62,459 nt of DNA from assembly GCA_963839205.1 (NCBI GenBank), contig CAWITU010000006.1:1-62459 (forward strand), written 5' to 3'. Origin of the DNA: an uncultured bacterium. Its GTDB lineage: Bacteria > Patescibacteriota > Minisyncoccia > Phycocordibacterales > CAWITU01. This document shows, piece after piece, positions 1 to 9,682 of this stretch (positions within the stretch are counted from its first letter, which is position 1; each line of letters starts with the position of its first letter). Under the pieces are notes generated by a model, which did not search any database, was not told where the DNA came from, and was given only the letters and a program-made list of their open reading frames with translations. A program made the position numbers and the translations under genes.

Positions 1-31
1 TTGGAATGGTTGATAAGATAATTAAAAAATA

Positions 32-934
32 ATGGCAACACTTTATACTGAAAAATCTCACAATGTTGCAAAAACCTGGATCTTCATGGGGTTTTTCTTG
101 GTGTTAGTTGTCGCGTTAGGTTGGTTTCTAAGTTACTACTATAATGATCCTGCGATTTTATATTTTGCAGTTATTTTTAGTGTGGTTATGAATATTTGGA
201 GTTATTGGTTTTCGGACAAAGTGGCGCTTTCAATGTCACGGGCTCAACCTGCTCCAAAAGAACAGTATCCAGATTTATATAATATTGTTGAAAATCTTTC
301 AATCACTGCCGGACTTCCAATGCCTAAGATTTATATAATTAATGATGGAGCTCCGAATGCTTTTGCGACTGGGCGAAATAAAAATCATGCTTCAATTGCA
401 GTTACTTCGGGACTTCTTTCAATGATGAATAAGACAGAATTAGAGGGAGTAATTGCACATGAACTTTCTCATGTTGGCAATCGAGATATTTTGATTTCCT
501 CAGTTGTGGTAGTCCTTGTTGGATTTATTACTTTGGCAGCGGACTGGTTTATTAGAGTTTCTTTTTGGGGAGGAGGGGGGAGGAAAAATAATAATGAAGG
601 ACAAGCGGGAGCAATTATTGCAATTGTTGGAATTATTTTTGTGGTTCTTTCGCCAATTCTGGCGACGTTAATACAGTTGGCGATTTCAAGGAGGCGCGAA
701 TCATTGGCAGATGCTTCGGGGGCATTATTAACTCGATACCCAGCAGGCCTTGCTGACGCCCTTCAGAAAATTTCGAATTATGACCAGCCAATGATTCGCG
801 CTTCAAACGCGACGGCTCATCTTTTCATTTCAAATCCGTTTGGCCCACATCAAAAAACTAGTTGGATTGCTAAACTTTTCATGACCCATCCACCGATTGA
901 GGAGAGGATCGCGCTACTCCGAAAGATGTCTTAG
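32..934 (+). CDS. htpX: M48-family membrane zinc metalloprotease HtpX
   Basis: 300-aa ORF with N-terminal TM helices, an HExxH zinc site (IAHELSHVGNRD) and C-terminal MTHPPIEERI, all typical of HtpX. Confidence 0.9.
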   Translation: MATLYTEKSHNVAKTWIFMGFFLVLVVALGWFLSYYYNDPAILYFAVIFSVVMNIWSYWFSDKVALSMSRAQPAPKEQYPDLYNIVENLSITAGLPMPKIYIINDGAPNAFATGRNKNHASIAVTSGLLSMMNKTELEGVIAHELSHVGNRDILISSVVVVLVGFITLAADWFIRVSFWGGGGRKNNNEGQAGAIIAIVGIIFVVLSPILATLIQLAISRRRESLADASGALLTRYPAGLADALQKISNYDQPMIRASNATAHLFISNPFGPHQKTSWIAKLFMTHPPIEERIALLRKMS

Positions 935-985
935 TTTCGAAGAACAGTACTCACACTATTCTTCTTCACTAAATATAAACAAATC

Positions 986-1010
986 GGCCGCCCATCTGTA
1001 GTGGGCGGCC
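986..1010. terminator. GC-rich stem-loop between convergent genes
   Basis: GGCCGCCCA-tctgtag-TGGGCGGCC, a 9-bp perfect stem just after the htpX stop. Only a weak T tract (TTAATT) follows. Confidence 0.5.
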
Positions 1011-1051
1011 TTAATTAACTATCAAGTACTTGGTTGAACCAAGACACGAAC

Positions 1052-1602
1052 TCACCTTGGAGGGCCATCCTTCTCGAAAGCTCCCCATTCCTCTACCTTC
1101 AACCGTAGTGGGTAATTCCCTCGTTTACCTCCAAGACCAGAAAATGTTTTCGTCCACGGACTATTTCTCGCTCCGTAAAGGCCGACAGTGGCCCTCGCTT
1201 TATTATCCGGTTCGTAGATATTGTAAATCGATACGATTTCCCGAATATCGATAAAAATGTCTGACCCCGAATCAATCTTGGGTGTAAAGAACGGAGAGAA
1301 ATCCAGGTCAACTTTTTTTGGAGGATGAATCTTCTGAACACTCAGTTGGGGTTCGGGTTTTGAAACCGGCACCTCCTTAATCTCTGGTACGGTTCCTTTT
1401 TTCCCGTTTCCTCCCACCCTTCATTTCGACAGGGGTGTTTACTCGGTTTCAGTGACAAGGACCTCAACTCTGCCATCGTCACCTGGTCTTGTACTAAAGC
1501 CCCATCCTTCCAACTCGCCTTCATCTCTTTGGCTAACTCGGGCCGGAATGACCCTAAGGATACCCAACCATCAGGTAACTCATTGAATCTTGGTGTTTTC
1601 AT
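1052..1602 (-). CDS. Hypothetical protein, frame broken once in an A-run; higher G+C than flanks
   Basis: ORFs 1342..1602 and 1052..1417 join into one ~183-aa frame if one A is removed from GGGAAAAAAGG (~1395-1403). No recognisable motifs. Confidence 0.4.
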
Positions 1603-1698
1603 AGAAAACTCCTTTCACGGTGAGTCTAGTCTTTCTGTCGCCGTTGTCAATAATCAATTGTTTTTCCCTCAAAACTCATGTATCTTGATTGAATCACT

Positions 1699-1788
1699 GG
1701 AGGGTTCGCATAGTGGTCTAGTGCGCAGTCCTGGAAAGACTGTATGTGGGAAACCGCATCGAGGGTTCGAATCCCTCACCCTCCGCCA
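1699..1788 (+). tRNA. tRNA-Ser (anticodon GGA), long variable arm, CCA encoded
   Basis: Acceptor GGAGGGT/ACCCTCC, anticodon stem CAGTC/GACTG with loop CTGGAAA, long extra arm, T-loop GGTTCGAATCC, 3' GCCA. Confidence 0.9.
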
Positions 1789-2026
1789 AGGGTTTTTAGT
1801 ATCGGAAGACTCGGAGGCCTATATTTAGAGCCATATTTTTAGGGTAGTTCGAATCTGACACATCGACCCCTCAGAGGCTCGAACTTTTGATGGCTAAACA
1901 ATTTTTATTGTGGAGCGATTCGTGCTGGAACCATTAGCGGTCAAGCTCTATTTAGTCCGTTTTAATGTTTTGAGAAAGACACTCCGACGGCACTAGAGTG
2001 TATAAAACATCATATTTAATTTAAAT

Positions 2027-2726
2027 CTAAATATTAGCGCCAAAAGGCCAATTCTCTTCTCCGGGTTTTTTAGGCTCTTTTTGGTAAAGTACTTTTCCAT
2101 CTTTACCCTTAATAAGAATTACTCTTGAATTCTCGTCCCAAAGTTCACCACGCGAATTTGAATAACCACCAGAGCCTCTAGTGTTTTGTGTCATAAAGCT
2201 TTTAGTATCCTGATGTCTAACAAACATTCGCGTTATCTCGTCACCAACTACTATTGCTCCATCTGTAAGTGACCCGATATTTACGAAAAGGGAAATAATA
2301 TTTTGTTTCTTCTGTTGGAGACTCATCACCATTTCTTATCATCTTTAATATAGATCTAGGCTGAGCAGGTTCATATCCATTCTTGAGAGCCTCTGATACT
2401 TCTGGTGCATCTTTAAAAATGTGTTGAACTCCCACTCCTACATACTTCGATAAATCTGGCTTTAAGATTTCATAGTTCAATTTGAAATCACGATCAGCTT
2501 GATGTTTTTCTTTATCGTCTGCGTATGAGTCATCATTAATCTTCACATCTTCTAGATGTTCTTGTGCGTTTGCACGAGCTAAATCAGGATTTTCGGTTTC
2601 TGAATTTCTCATTTCTCTAAGCTCATCAGCTAATTTTTGACGATTCTCATTTGAATCATTTACATTATCTAAACTTTCCCTGAGTAGAAGATATTGATTT
2701 TCAGCATTCCATGATCTGCTTGGCAT
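2027..2726 (-). CDS. Hypothetical protein (two overlapping ORFs, one frameshift near 2330)
   Basis: ORFs 2241..2726 and 2027..2332 overlap in different frames and read as one ~230-aa acidic protein. No known motif. Confidence 0.4.
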
Positions 2727-2928
2727 AGTTATTAATTAAAGCTATTAGATTAGACTTCGATTATAACATATCCCTTAATAAGTAAATCACACCATCTATA
2801 TGGCCACTCGGCACTCAATATAGTGAGGGGATTCAGACGAGTCTTAGTGAGCTAATTCAAAAAAATAATGAATTTACCTCCTGACGATTCTCAAATATTA
2901 AACTTTTCCTATTTGTTCAAAGTAATCT

Positions 2929-3129
2929 TCAATCTATTGGACCTTCATCAGTTTCCCATCCTTCCGTCTTTATATCAGGAAAATCTTTTTTAAATGTCTC
3001 CATTTTTTGAGCACCCCTTTCGCCTCCTGCACTTGTAAAATTGAATGTCCACTCTCCTTCTTTAAGTACTTGAGCATTTTTAGGCAAACCAACTTTTTCC
3101 TGTATATTCAAATCTGGATATGGTAGCAT
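2929..3129 (-). CDS. Small hypothetical protein
   Basis: 66-aa ORF only. Confidence 0.3.
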   Translation of the reverse strand: MLPYPDLNIQEKVGLPKNAQVLKEGEWTFNFTSAGGERGAQKMETFKKDFPDIKTEGWETDEGPID

Positions 3130-3194
3130 TTCCTTAATCCATGACCACTAATCAACAAAATCCATACTTAGTAAAATAGTGAATTATATAATAT

Positions 3195-3944
3195 ATGCAA
3201 GAAGCCAAAAATATTGATACACACAAAAACAAATTTTCATTTTCATTGGAAAAGTCTGGAGATATTTCCATTGAACAAGAAACAAAAACTCGAGAGTCTT
3301 TAGATAAAGCGATTAGTGAACTAGAAAAAGAATGGTTCTTGTCTTCACCTGTTAATATCTTCGTGCACCTTATGAGTGATGAAAAATTTCGAGAAGGAGC
3401 TAAAGAGGGTGACCCCCATTCCAAAAAGTATTGTTTCTTACTTCGAGATCAATTTGACAATCGGGTGTATGTTAATACGAGTATTTTTTCTGTTTTGCCA
3501 GAAAAAGTAAATACTATGATAAAGCATGAATTGGCTCATATTGTTGTGGGAAATCTGGTTAATAATCCATCTGCATACAGAAAATCTTTCATTCTAGAAG
3601 AGGGTACTGCGGGACTCGATAATGCAACAGAACTTCTTGTCGAAAAACTTAAAAGGAAGGAATTGTAAAAGTCCCTGACCCGCTTTCCATTGATACTTTT
3701 GATCGCCTAAAAGCTATGGGAGGAGATACAAATCTAGAGCCATTCACTGATCAGCTCGGGTATCTAGTTTTATTCAGCTTCCTCAACTGTTTAAAGGAAA
3801 AACACGGAGGAGAAAAGATTATAGAGGTATATAAAAAATTAAGTGTATGAAACTTCCCTACAAGATGCATACAAGGAAGTATGTGGGGAGGATTTGGTAG
3901 AGGTTGCTAAGAAGTGGAAACAATACATTGAAGGTTTGTCTTAA
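3195..3944 (+). CDS. Peptidase-MA-like (HExxH) domain protein with two compensating frameshifts
   Basis: MIKHELAHIVVGN zinc-protease motif. The frame leaves at the A-run near 3651-3660, continues as ...KVPDPLSIDTFDRLKAMGGD...EVYKKLS, then returns to the original frame near 3848 and ends at 3944. Confidence 0.5.
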
Positions 3945-3981
3945 ATTGATTTTTAAGCAATAGTGCATTCAGTTTCGAACT

Positions 3982-5321
3982 TTATAAGCTTTCTACTGGC
4001 TGTTCAATCGTAACAATTTTTGCAGTAATCTTTATCCTTGATTTAAAGCACCCCATCAAACTTCGCTTCTCTTCGTTTGACCCTTCCATCAATATGTACT
4101 TCGCATAGGTCTTCAGATCAATTTCATTGTGCTTTGATGTAGAGCTACCCATTCCAGACACTCCTCGGTTGAATTTGTTATGTCGCTTCAGTTCCTCGTT
4201 GAATTTTATTTCCACCCCCGTCTGATTCAGATCTATTTGATCCATAATCTTTATGAGCTGTTCTACCAGTTCGTCTTCTCGTAAATATTGACTCTTGCAG
4301 GTGCGATCCCTTGATCTTCCACATCCATAATATATGTACTTGGCGACAGTACCGTTTTTAAGTTGTTTGTACTTTTCTTGCCCAGACAGACTTGAGCCAC
4401 ACAGGCCACATATCAATAATTTTGTGAATGAAAACTCATGGCTTTGTCTTTGGATGTTATCTCTTGTCAGTTGCTGTTGTACTTGATCGTAGAGGTCTTT
4501 GGTTATGATGTTCGGATGTTTGCCGGCGTACCAATTACCAGATTTTTTAGGGTATTCAAATGTTCCGTAATAAACAGGGTTTATCAGAATCCGATAAATA
4601 TTTCCAAGTGCTAGGTGGTGATTGTTTACTGTACGAAAATTCAGATCAAATTTTAGCCAATGATACACTTTTCTACCTGACCATTTTTCATAAGCTACTT
4701 TCTCAAACATCTTTCTTATAACAGGGGCTCTTTCTGGGTCAAGTATTAAACAGCATTTTCTATCTGCAAGTTTTTCCTTGAGATATCCAGTAGGGGAAGG
4801 TGCTGGCCAGAGCCCATTTCTACTCTAGTCCGTAAGCCTCTCTTTACATTAATTCCTCGATTATCATTTTCGAGTTTAGCCTGTCATCCTAAAATCATCA
4901 GCAGAAATTTCTCATTCGGATTGTTAGTGAATCTTTGACTGTACGTTCGGATTTCAACCAGAAGTCCTTTATCAATTAAATCCACCACTCGACCCAGATC
5001 TCCTCCATTACGAGAGATTCTATCTGGTGACCATGTGAGTAACCCATTGAATTTCTGAAGCTCAATATCTCTCATGATCTCGTTGAATACCGGTCTCTCG
5101 CCATTGTCTTTAGCTGAATGACTTTCCCTCCGAATGTCCACCACATCCAACCCATCTCGTTCTGCCACCTGAAGCATCTCTTTAACCTGACTGTCGATTG
5201 AGAGAATCTGCCTCTCGGAGCTCTCGGTACTTTTTCTAGCGTAAAGCAGGTATTTAACCTTTACAGGGATTGGTACTTCTTTGGCCACCACCCCACTTGG
5301 CCTTTGTATTGTGTTATTCAT
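3982..5321 (-). CDS. Large serine recombinase, frame-disrupted (at least 2 shifts)
   Basis: N-terminal resolvase domain with catalytic-Ser motif YARKSTESSERQ (ORF 4884..5321). The linker KLENDNRGINVKRGLRTRVEMG is in a third frame. The C-terminal recombinase plus Cys-rich zinc-ribbon region is ORF 3982..4710. Confidence 0.8.
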
Positions 5322-5464
5322 ATACCTAAGAGATGACGCGAAGCGTCTCAGGTGTCTAGAGCCTTGGGTGTTAGGCTACGGAGGAGGGGGAATGTCTAGG
5401 AAATTCTTATACTTGCTTCTGTTTTTCTCAAAGATTGTTTTTGTGTTACTGTATTACTAATACT

Positions 5465-7052
5465 ATGCCTTACTATAACGACGGAAAGAACAATTACTCT
5501 TCGAACCCAGCTGAGCGCCCACCTCAAAGTCCTCCTGAACAAGTATCAAGCAGGATGTTTAATGTTGCGGGTAATGTTGATGAGGTGGTACATCCAGAAC
5601 GTAAAGAAACATTTAATCAGGCGGGTACAGAATTTGCTTCAGGTAATTTTGATAAAGGTCAGAGAGTACTAGAAACAGAAGGGAGTTGGAATGACGATAT
5701 TCGTGGTGTAGCAACTGATGCCAATAAGGCAGAACAAGAAAGAACGGGTGAAAAACCTCTTGATCTTGATGGTGCAAAATCGGTTTTTGATTCTTCAGCT
5801 GATCAACTTGAAAGCTCTGGTACAGAAGAAGATAAAAGAGGCGCGCAAATTGTTAGGGGATTGTGAGGGGGACAGAAATGCCGGGGCGAAAAAGGTGTTC
5901 AAGGGATTGATGAAGCTCTAAAATATCTTGAGGGTACTCTGCAATCCCAAAACAGAATACTTGATAGTTTACCACCTGAATTACGTAACGAGACACTTAA
6001 TCAAATAAAAGCAAAAAGAGCCGCTCGTGATACTTTGTATGCTGAAAAACAAAAAAGAGTTCAGGAACTTAAAGAACTCGGAGAAAGCAAAGCAGCTGAA
6101 GTCACTACCGGTAAGGTTACTGCGGGATTAGAAAATTTATATGATAACGTCGGTATACCCCAAGAAACACCTTCAAGACAGGAATTACTAAAACGTGCGG
6201 GTTCAATGCAAGGTGAAGAGCTTGAAGTGTTTGGTAATGAATTAATAAGGATAACTGCGGAATATAACCGAACACAGGATCAGAAAGCTCTAGACGCTGC
6301 TTTGAGTGATCTTGCTACAAGGAAATTTACAAAAGCTGAAGTTGTAGATAAGCGAAAACAGGCCACACAAAGTAAACTCGAAGCGGTTCGAAAGTCTTTA
6401 GGGATAAATCCAGAGCAAAGCCAAAAAGTTGAAGGGAAAGAATCCCCTGAAGCTAGATTACAGAAATATAAAGCCTATGAAGGGCATAAGAGTTCTGTGG
6501 AAAGAGTTGTAAAAAGTTTACAAGAGGCACGCAACAATCTTGAAAAATCAAATAATATTTCTTCTGCTTTGACCATGTTTGAGGGGACAATTTCTATGCT
6601 TACGCAGAGCGCTAATTCTGAAGACATTGAAAAATTAAAGGGTCAACCAATTGATTTAGAAAAAGAGAAACGAATGTTTGGTATTGAAGATAGTGCTTTA
6701 GATGAATATATACAGATGAGAGGGGCGCAGAACGCTCTGGGTGAAGGAAGGTCTGTTAAAGAGGTTTTGGATACTATGGAAAAAGGTCTTAGTGATAAGT
6801 ATGGTATTTCAAAGACAGAAACTGAAAAAGCAAAAACTCTAAAGGATTTAGATGCATTAAAAATTGCTGGGAATATTACCGCTGAATCAACTGATGATCC
6901 TGGTCTAGTCGGGAGCAATAAAAGAGGTTAAGGGCGTTGGGTATCATATTCCGGATGTCCCTCAATATAATGTGAATGGTGGTTTAGTTAATACTTTTAA
7001 TAAAGATATAAATGCTCGACCAAATGTTGTGACATATAAATTAAATAAATAA
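5465..7052 (+). CDS. Hypothetical coiled-coil protein (~530 aa) spread over three frames
   Basis: ORFs 5435..5866, 6035..6931 and the open frame to the TAA at 7050 read continuously when frames are switched near 5860-5900 and 6925. Charged and Q/E/K-rich. Confidence 0.4.
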
Positions 7053-7053
7053 A

Positions 7054-7980
7054 ATGAAAAATGAATTTCCACCACAAGAAGATAATACAGTTACGAATGA
7101 ACCAGTTGAGTCTGAAACTTCTACTGTAGAGGTTACTAATTCCAACGAGGCAGATAATCAAGGTGAATTAGCGGAACATGATAATGAACAGACTTCTGAA
7201 CAAGTATCAACAGACAAAGTTGAAGGAGAGGACGTTTTAGCTGAGGATGAATCAAAAAATGAAAAAGAGGAAGAAAGGCAACGCCAACTCGAAGTAGTGA
7301 GAGGTAATCTCAATCCTCCTGATAATGAATCACGAAGTGAAAAGCAAAAAATCTGGGACGATAAGCTAAAAGAAATAGAACAAATTACTGACGCTGTCGG
7401 GAAACCAATTGAGGAGGGAATTATGGAAACAGTTGTTGCTTTTAATGTTATGGAAATTAATACCTCACAGTCATGTGCGGGACATGAGGATATGGAAGGG
7501 GGTCAAAGACTATGGCCATGGGTTGAAATATCTGCTCCAGATAAACCAGAAAATCAATTTGAGGGGGAAGATGAAATCTTTGAAAAAATTGCTAAAGCAA
7601 ATGAAATTAAACCTGATGATCTAAAAAAAGGTAAACCACGAGAACTTTGGGTGCAAGCTCTGACCGAGGCTGCTAGAAATCCTAAACACTTGTTTACCAA
7701 AATTGGGAAAAGAAAAATAGCGAACTCTATAAATTAGTTCTGGAACTTCTTAAAATTCTATGAAGAAAGAGAGACAGATGAAGACATAAGATTAAAATTA
7801 GATGAAAGTAATGGCGGATCTTTTGAGATAAGTAGTGAAAAGGCCGCACTGTTTAAATTAATGGATGGTGATTTGACTCTACAAGAACGACAAGATCTTG
7901 CAAAAAAACTTCCTAAACGTCGTGAAGAAATGAGAGCCTTCACTGAATTCCTAAAAGATTGTTTTTTCAATAAAAAATAG
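7054..7980 (+). CDS. Hypothetical acidic protein with an in-frame TAG or a compensating frameshift pair near 7683-7760
   Basis: ORF 7054..7737 is followed in the same frame by an open frame to 7980 (FWNFLKFYEERETDED...). The alternate frame reads TLVYQNWEKKNSELYKLVLELLKIL across the stop. Confidence 0.4.
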
Positions 7981-8260
7981 TGCTCACTCTGTAGGATAAC
8001 CCATTTTTATAGGCATTTGTAGGCATTTCAACTTTGAAATTGTTCCGACTTACGTGCCTAAGTTTAATCTCGGAAAAAGTGCTGTAATATCCTTGTGGGG
8101 CCTTGCGCGTGGGGTACTTAACCCACGTACCCCTCATCTACAAGCGTCCACGCATCACTTTCCGAAAGTGCTGTAGGCGCGGAGTGGCGAAGAACCTCAC
8201 TTTTGCTAAAAACGTGGTAATATATGGGGCATAATAATAGCGCGTTTTAATTATAAAAAT

Positions 8261-8722
8261 ATGAAATTCGAATCACCACGATCAAATATAGAGGGAGAAG
8301 GATTTATCATGAAAGAGGAAACTCCCTCTCGGCCCAAAAGTGACATTTCCGTTGAGTTTCGACCTGGTGAATCTACGGATAGTGCACTTGCGGAAAGAGA
8401 AAAGAAGCGAGATATAGAAATGAAGCGGATAGAGAATTTCACTGCAGCTGATCACATGGAGGAGTTTATTAGACCATTGGCTACAAATGGAAAAATTTAT
8501 TCAGAGACTTTGTTGGTCAAGCCAGACGGTACGTTTGACACCCAAACACGCGGTGATGGAATGGTGCCGATGATGTCTACATTAGGAGAAGTGACAAACC
8601 AGAATGAACTGTACATGTTGGCTAAGGAAATTCAAGATAAGCATCCTAAATATAAAATTTCTTTTGAAAAAGATCGCGAGGGTAAATGGATTAAATATTC
8701 CATAATTGAGGTAAGATTATAA
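8261..8722 (+). CDS. Hypothetical protein
   Basis: 153-aa ORF with no recognisable motif. Confidence 0.45.
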   Translation: MKFESPRSNIEGEGFIMKEETPSRPKSDISVEFRPGESTDSALAEREKKRDIEMKRIENFTAADHMEEFIRPLATNGKIYSETLLVKPDGTFDTQTRGDGMVPMMSTLGEVTNQNELYMLAKEIQDKHPKYKISFEKDREGKWIKYSIIEVRL

Positions 8723-8921
8723 AATAACGGGTAATATTCCCTTTCATGAAAGTACTGAAAAGACTGAATTGAATTCCAATAAAAAATCGGATATCTCATA
8801 GAGTCGTTGCGACAGTTTATGATATTACATATGCTAGACTTAACGCTATTCGGACATCGTCCCACACTCCCCGCCAGAAATGAAAACAAGCGGAAATCGT
8901 CTGTATTGATATAATACAAAC

Positions 8922-9497
8922 ATGACAATTATTCCATGGATAATTTTAATTTGTTGGGCAACGTTTCTTCTTTACTGGATTATTTCTTCGTTTGGAATAA
9001 AGCGCGATATTAGGCGTACTAATTGGGGACGTGAGTGGTTGATTCGTATCGCTGTCATTATCGCAATCGTTATCTTTATAGATTCCACCTCTTCATTTGG
9101 AAACTTTGCTCGACGTGGTGAATTTTATGGTCACCCAACGACCGGAGCACTCGCAACTATCGGTGCGGTGTTATGCATAGTCGGTATTGCTATTGCGATC
9201 TGGGCTCGAGTACATCTCGGCCGAGATTGGAGTCCGGCACCAGCCCTAAAAGAGGGACATGAACTTGTGACATCTGGACCATACAAGTTTGTTCGTCACC
9301 CAATCTATACTGGAATTATTTTGGCAGTTCTCGGTTCAACGCTCACGATCCCCGTTTGGATTATTATGTTTTTTGTTATTTCTGGAATGTTCATTTGGCG
9401 AGTGCACGTTGAAGAGGAACTTATGATGAAGCAATTTCCAGATAAGTACCCAGAATATAAAAAAAGAACCTGGGCATTAATACCTTTTGTGTGGTGA
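8922..9497 (+). CDS. Isoprenylcysteine carboxyl / phospholipid methyltransferase-family membrane protein
   Basis: 191 aa, 4-5 TM helices, C-terminal GPYKFVRHPIYTG...EEEL pattern typical of the ICMT/PEMT family. Confidence 0.7.
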   Translation: MTIIPWIILICWATFLLYWIISSFGIKRDIRRTNWGREWLIRIAVIIAIVIFIDSTSSFGNFARRGEFYGHPTTGALATIGAVLCIVGIAIAIWARVHLGRDWSPAPALKEGHELVTSGPYKFVRHPIYTGIILAVLGSTLTIPVWIIMFFVISGMFIWRVHVEEELMMKQFPDKYPEYKKRTWALIPFVW

Positions 9498-9534
9498 GGA
9501 TTTGATGGAGGGCGCTTCTAAATAAAGATTTTTC

Positions 9535-9565
9535 ACGGCCAGTAATGAATTTCATTACTGGCCGT
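9535..9565. repeat. 31-nt perfect palindrome after the ICMT-like gene (possible terminator)
   Basis: ACGGCCAGTAATGAA-t-TTCATTACTGGCCGT. No clear U tract on either strand. Confidence 0.6.
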
Positions 9566-9682
9566 CTAAAATGCATGATGAATCTGAGGTGTCCTCTTAA
9601 AGTGGTGAAGGATATCTTAAAAACCTTCAAGATCTGAAGGTCTGTTGTTTTGAATAATTAAAAGAATCATAACTATAAAATT

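Larger units (their letters stand above)
1789..8876. mobile_element. Putative integrated island downstream of tRNA-Ser (boundaries tentative)
   Basis: Starts at the tRNA-Ser 3' end and contains a large serine recombinase plus only orphan genes. A degenerate copy of the tRNA 3' end (CCCACACTCCCCGCCA at 8861-8876, 13/16 identical to CCCTCACCCTCCGCCA) lies just before the next conserved gene. Confidence 0.3.
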
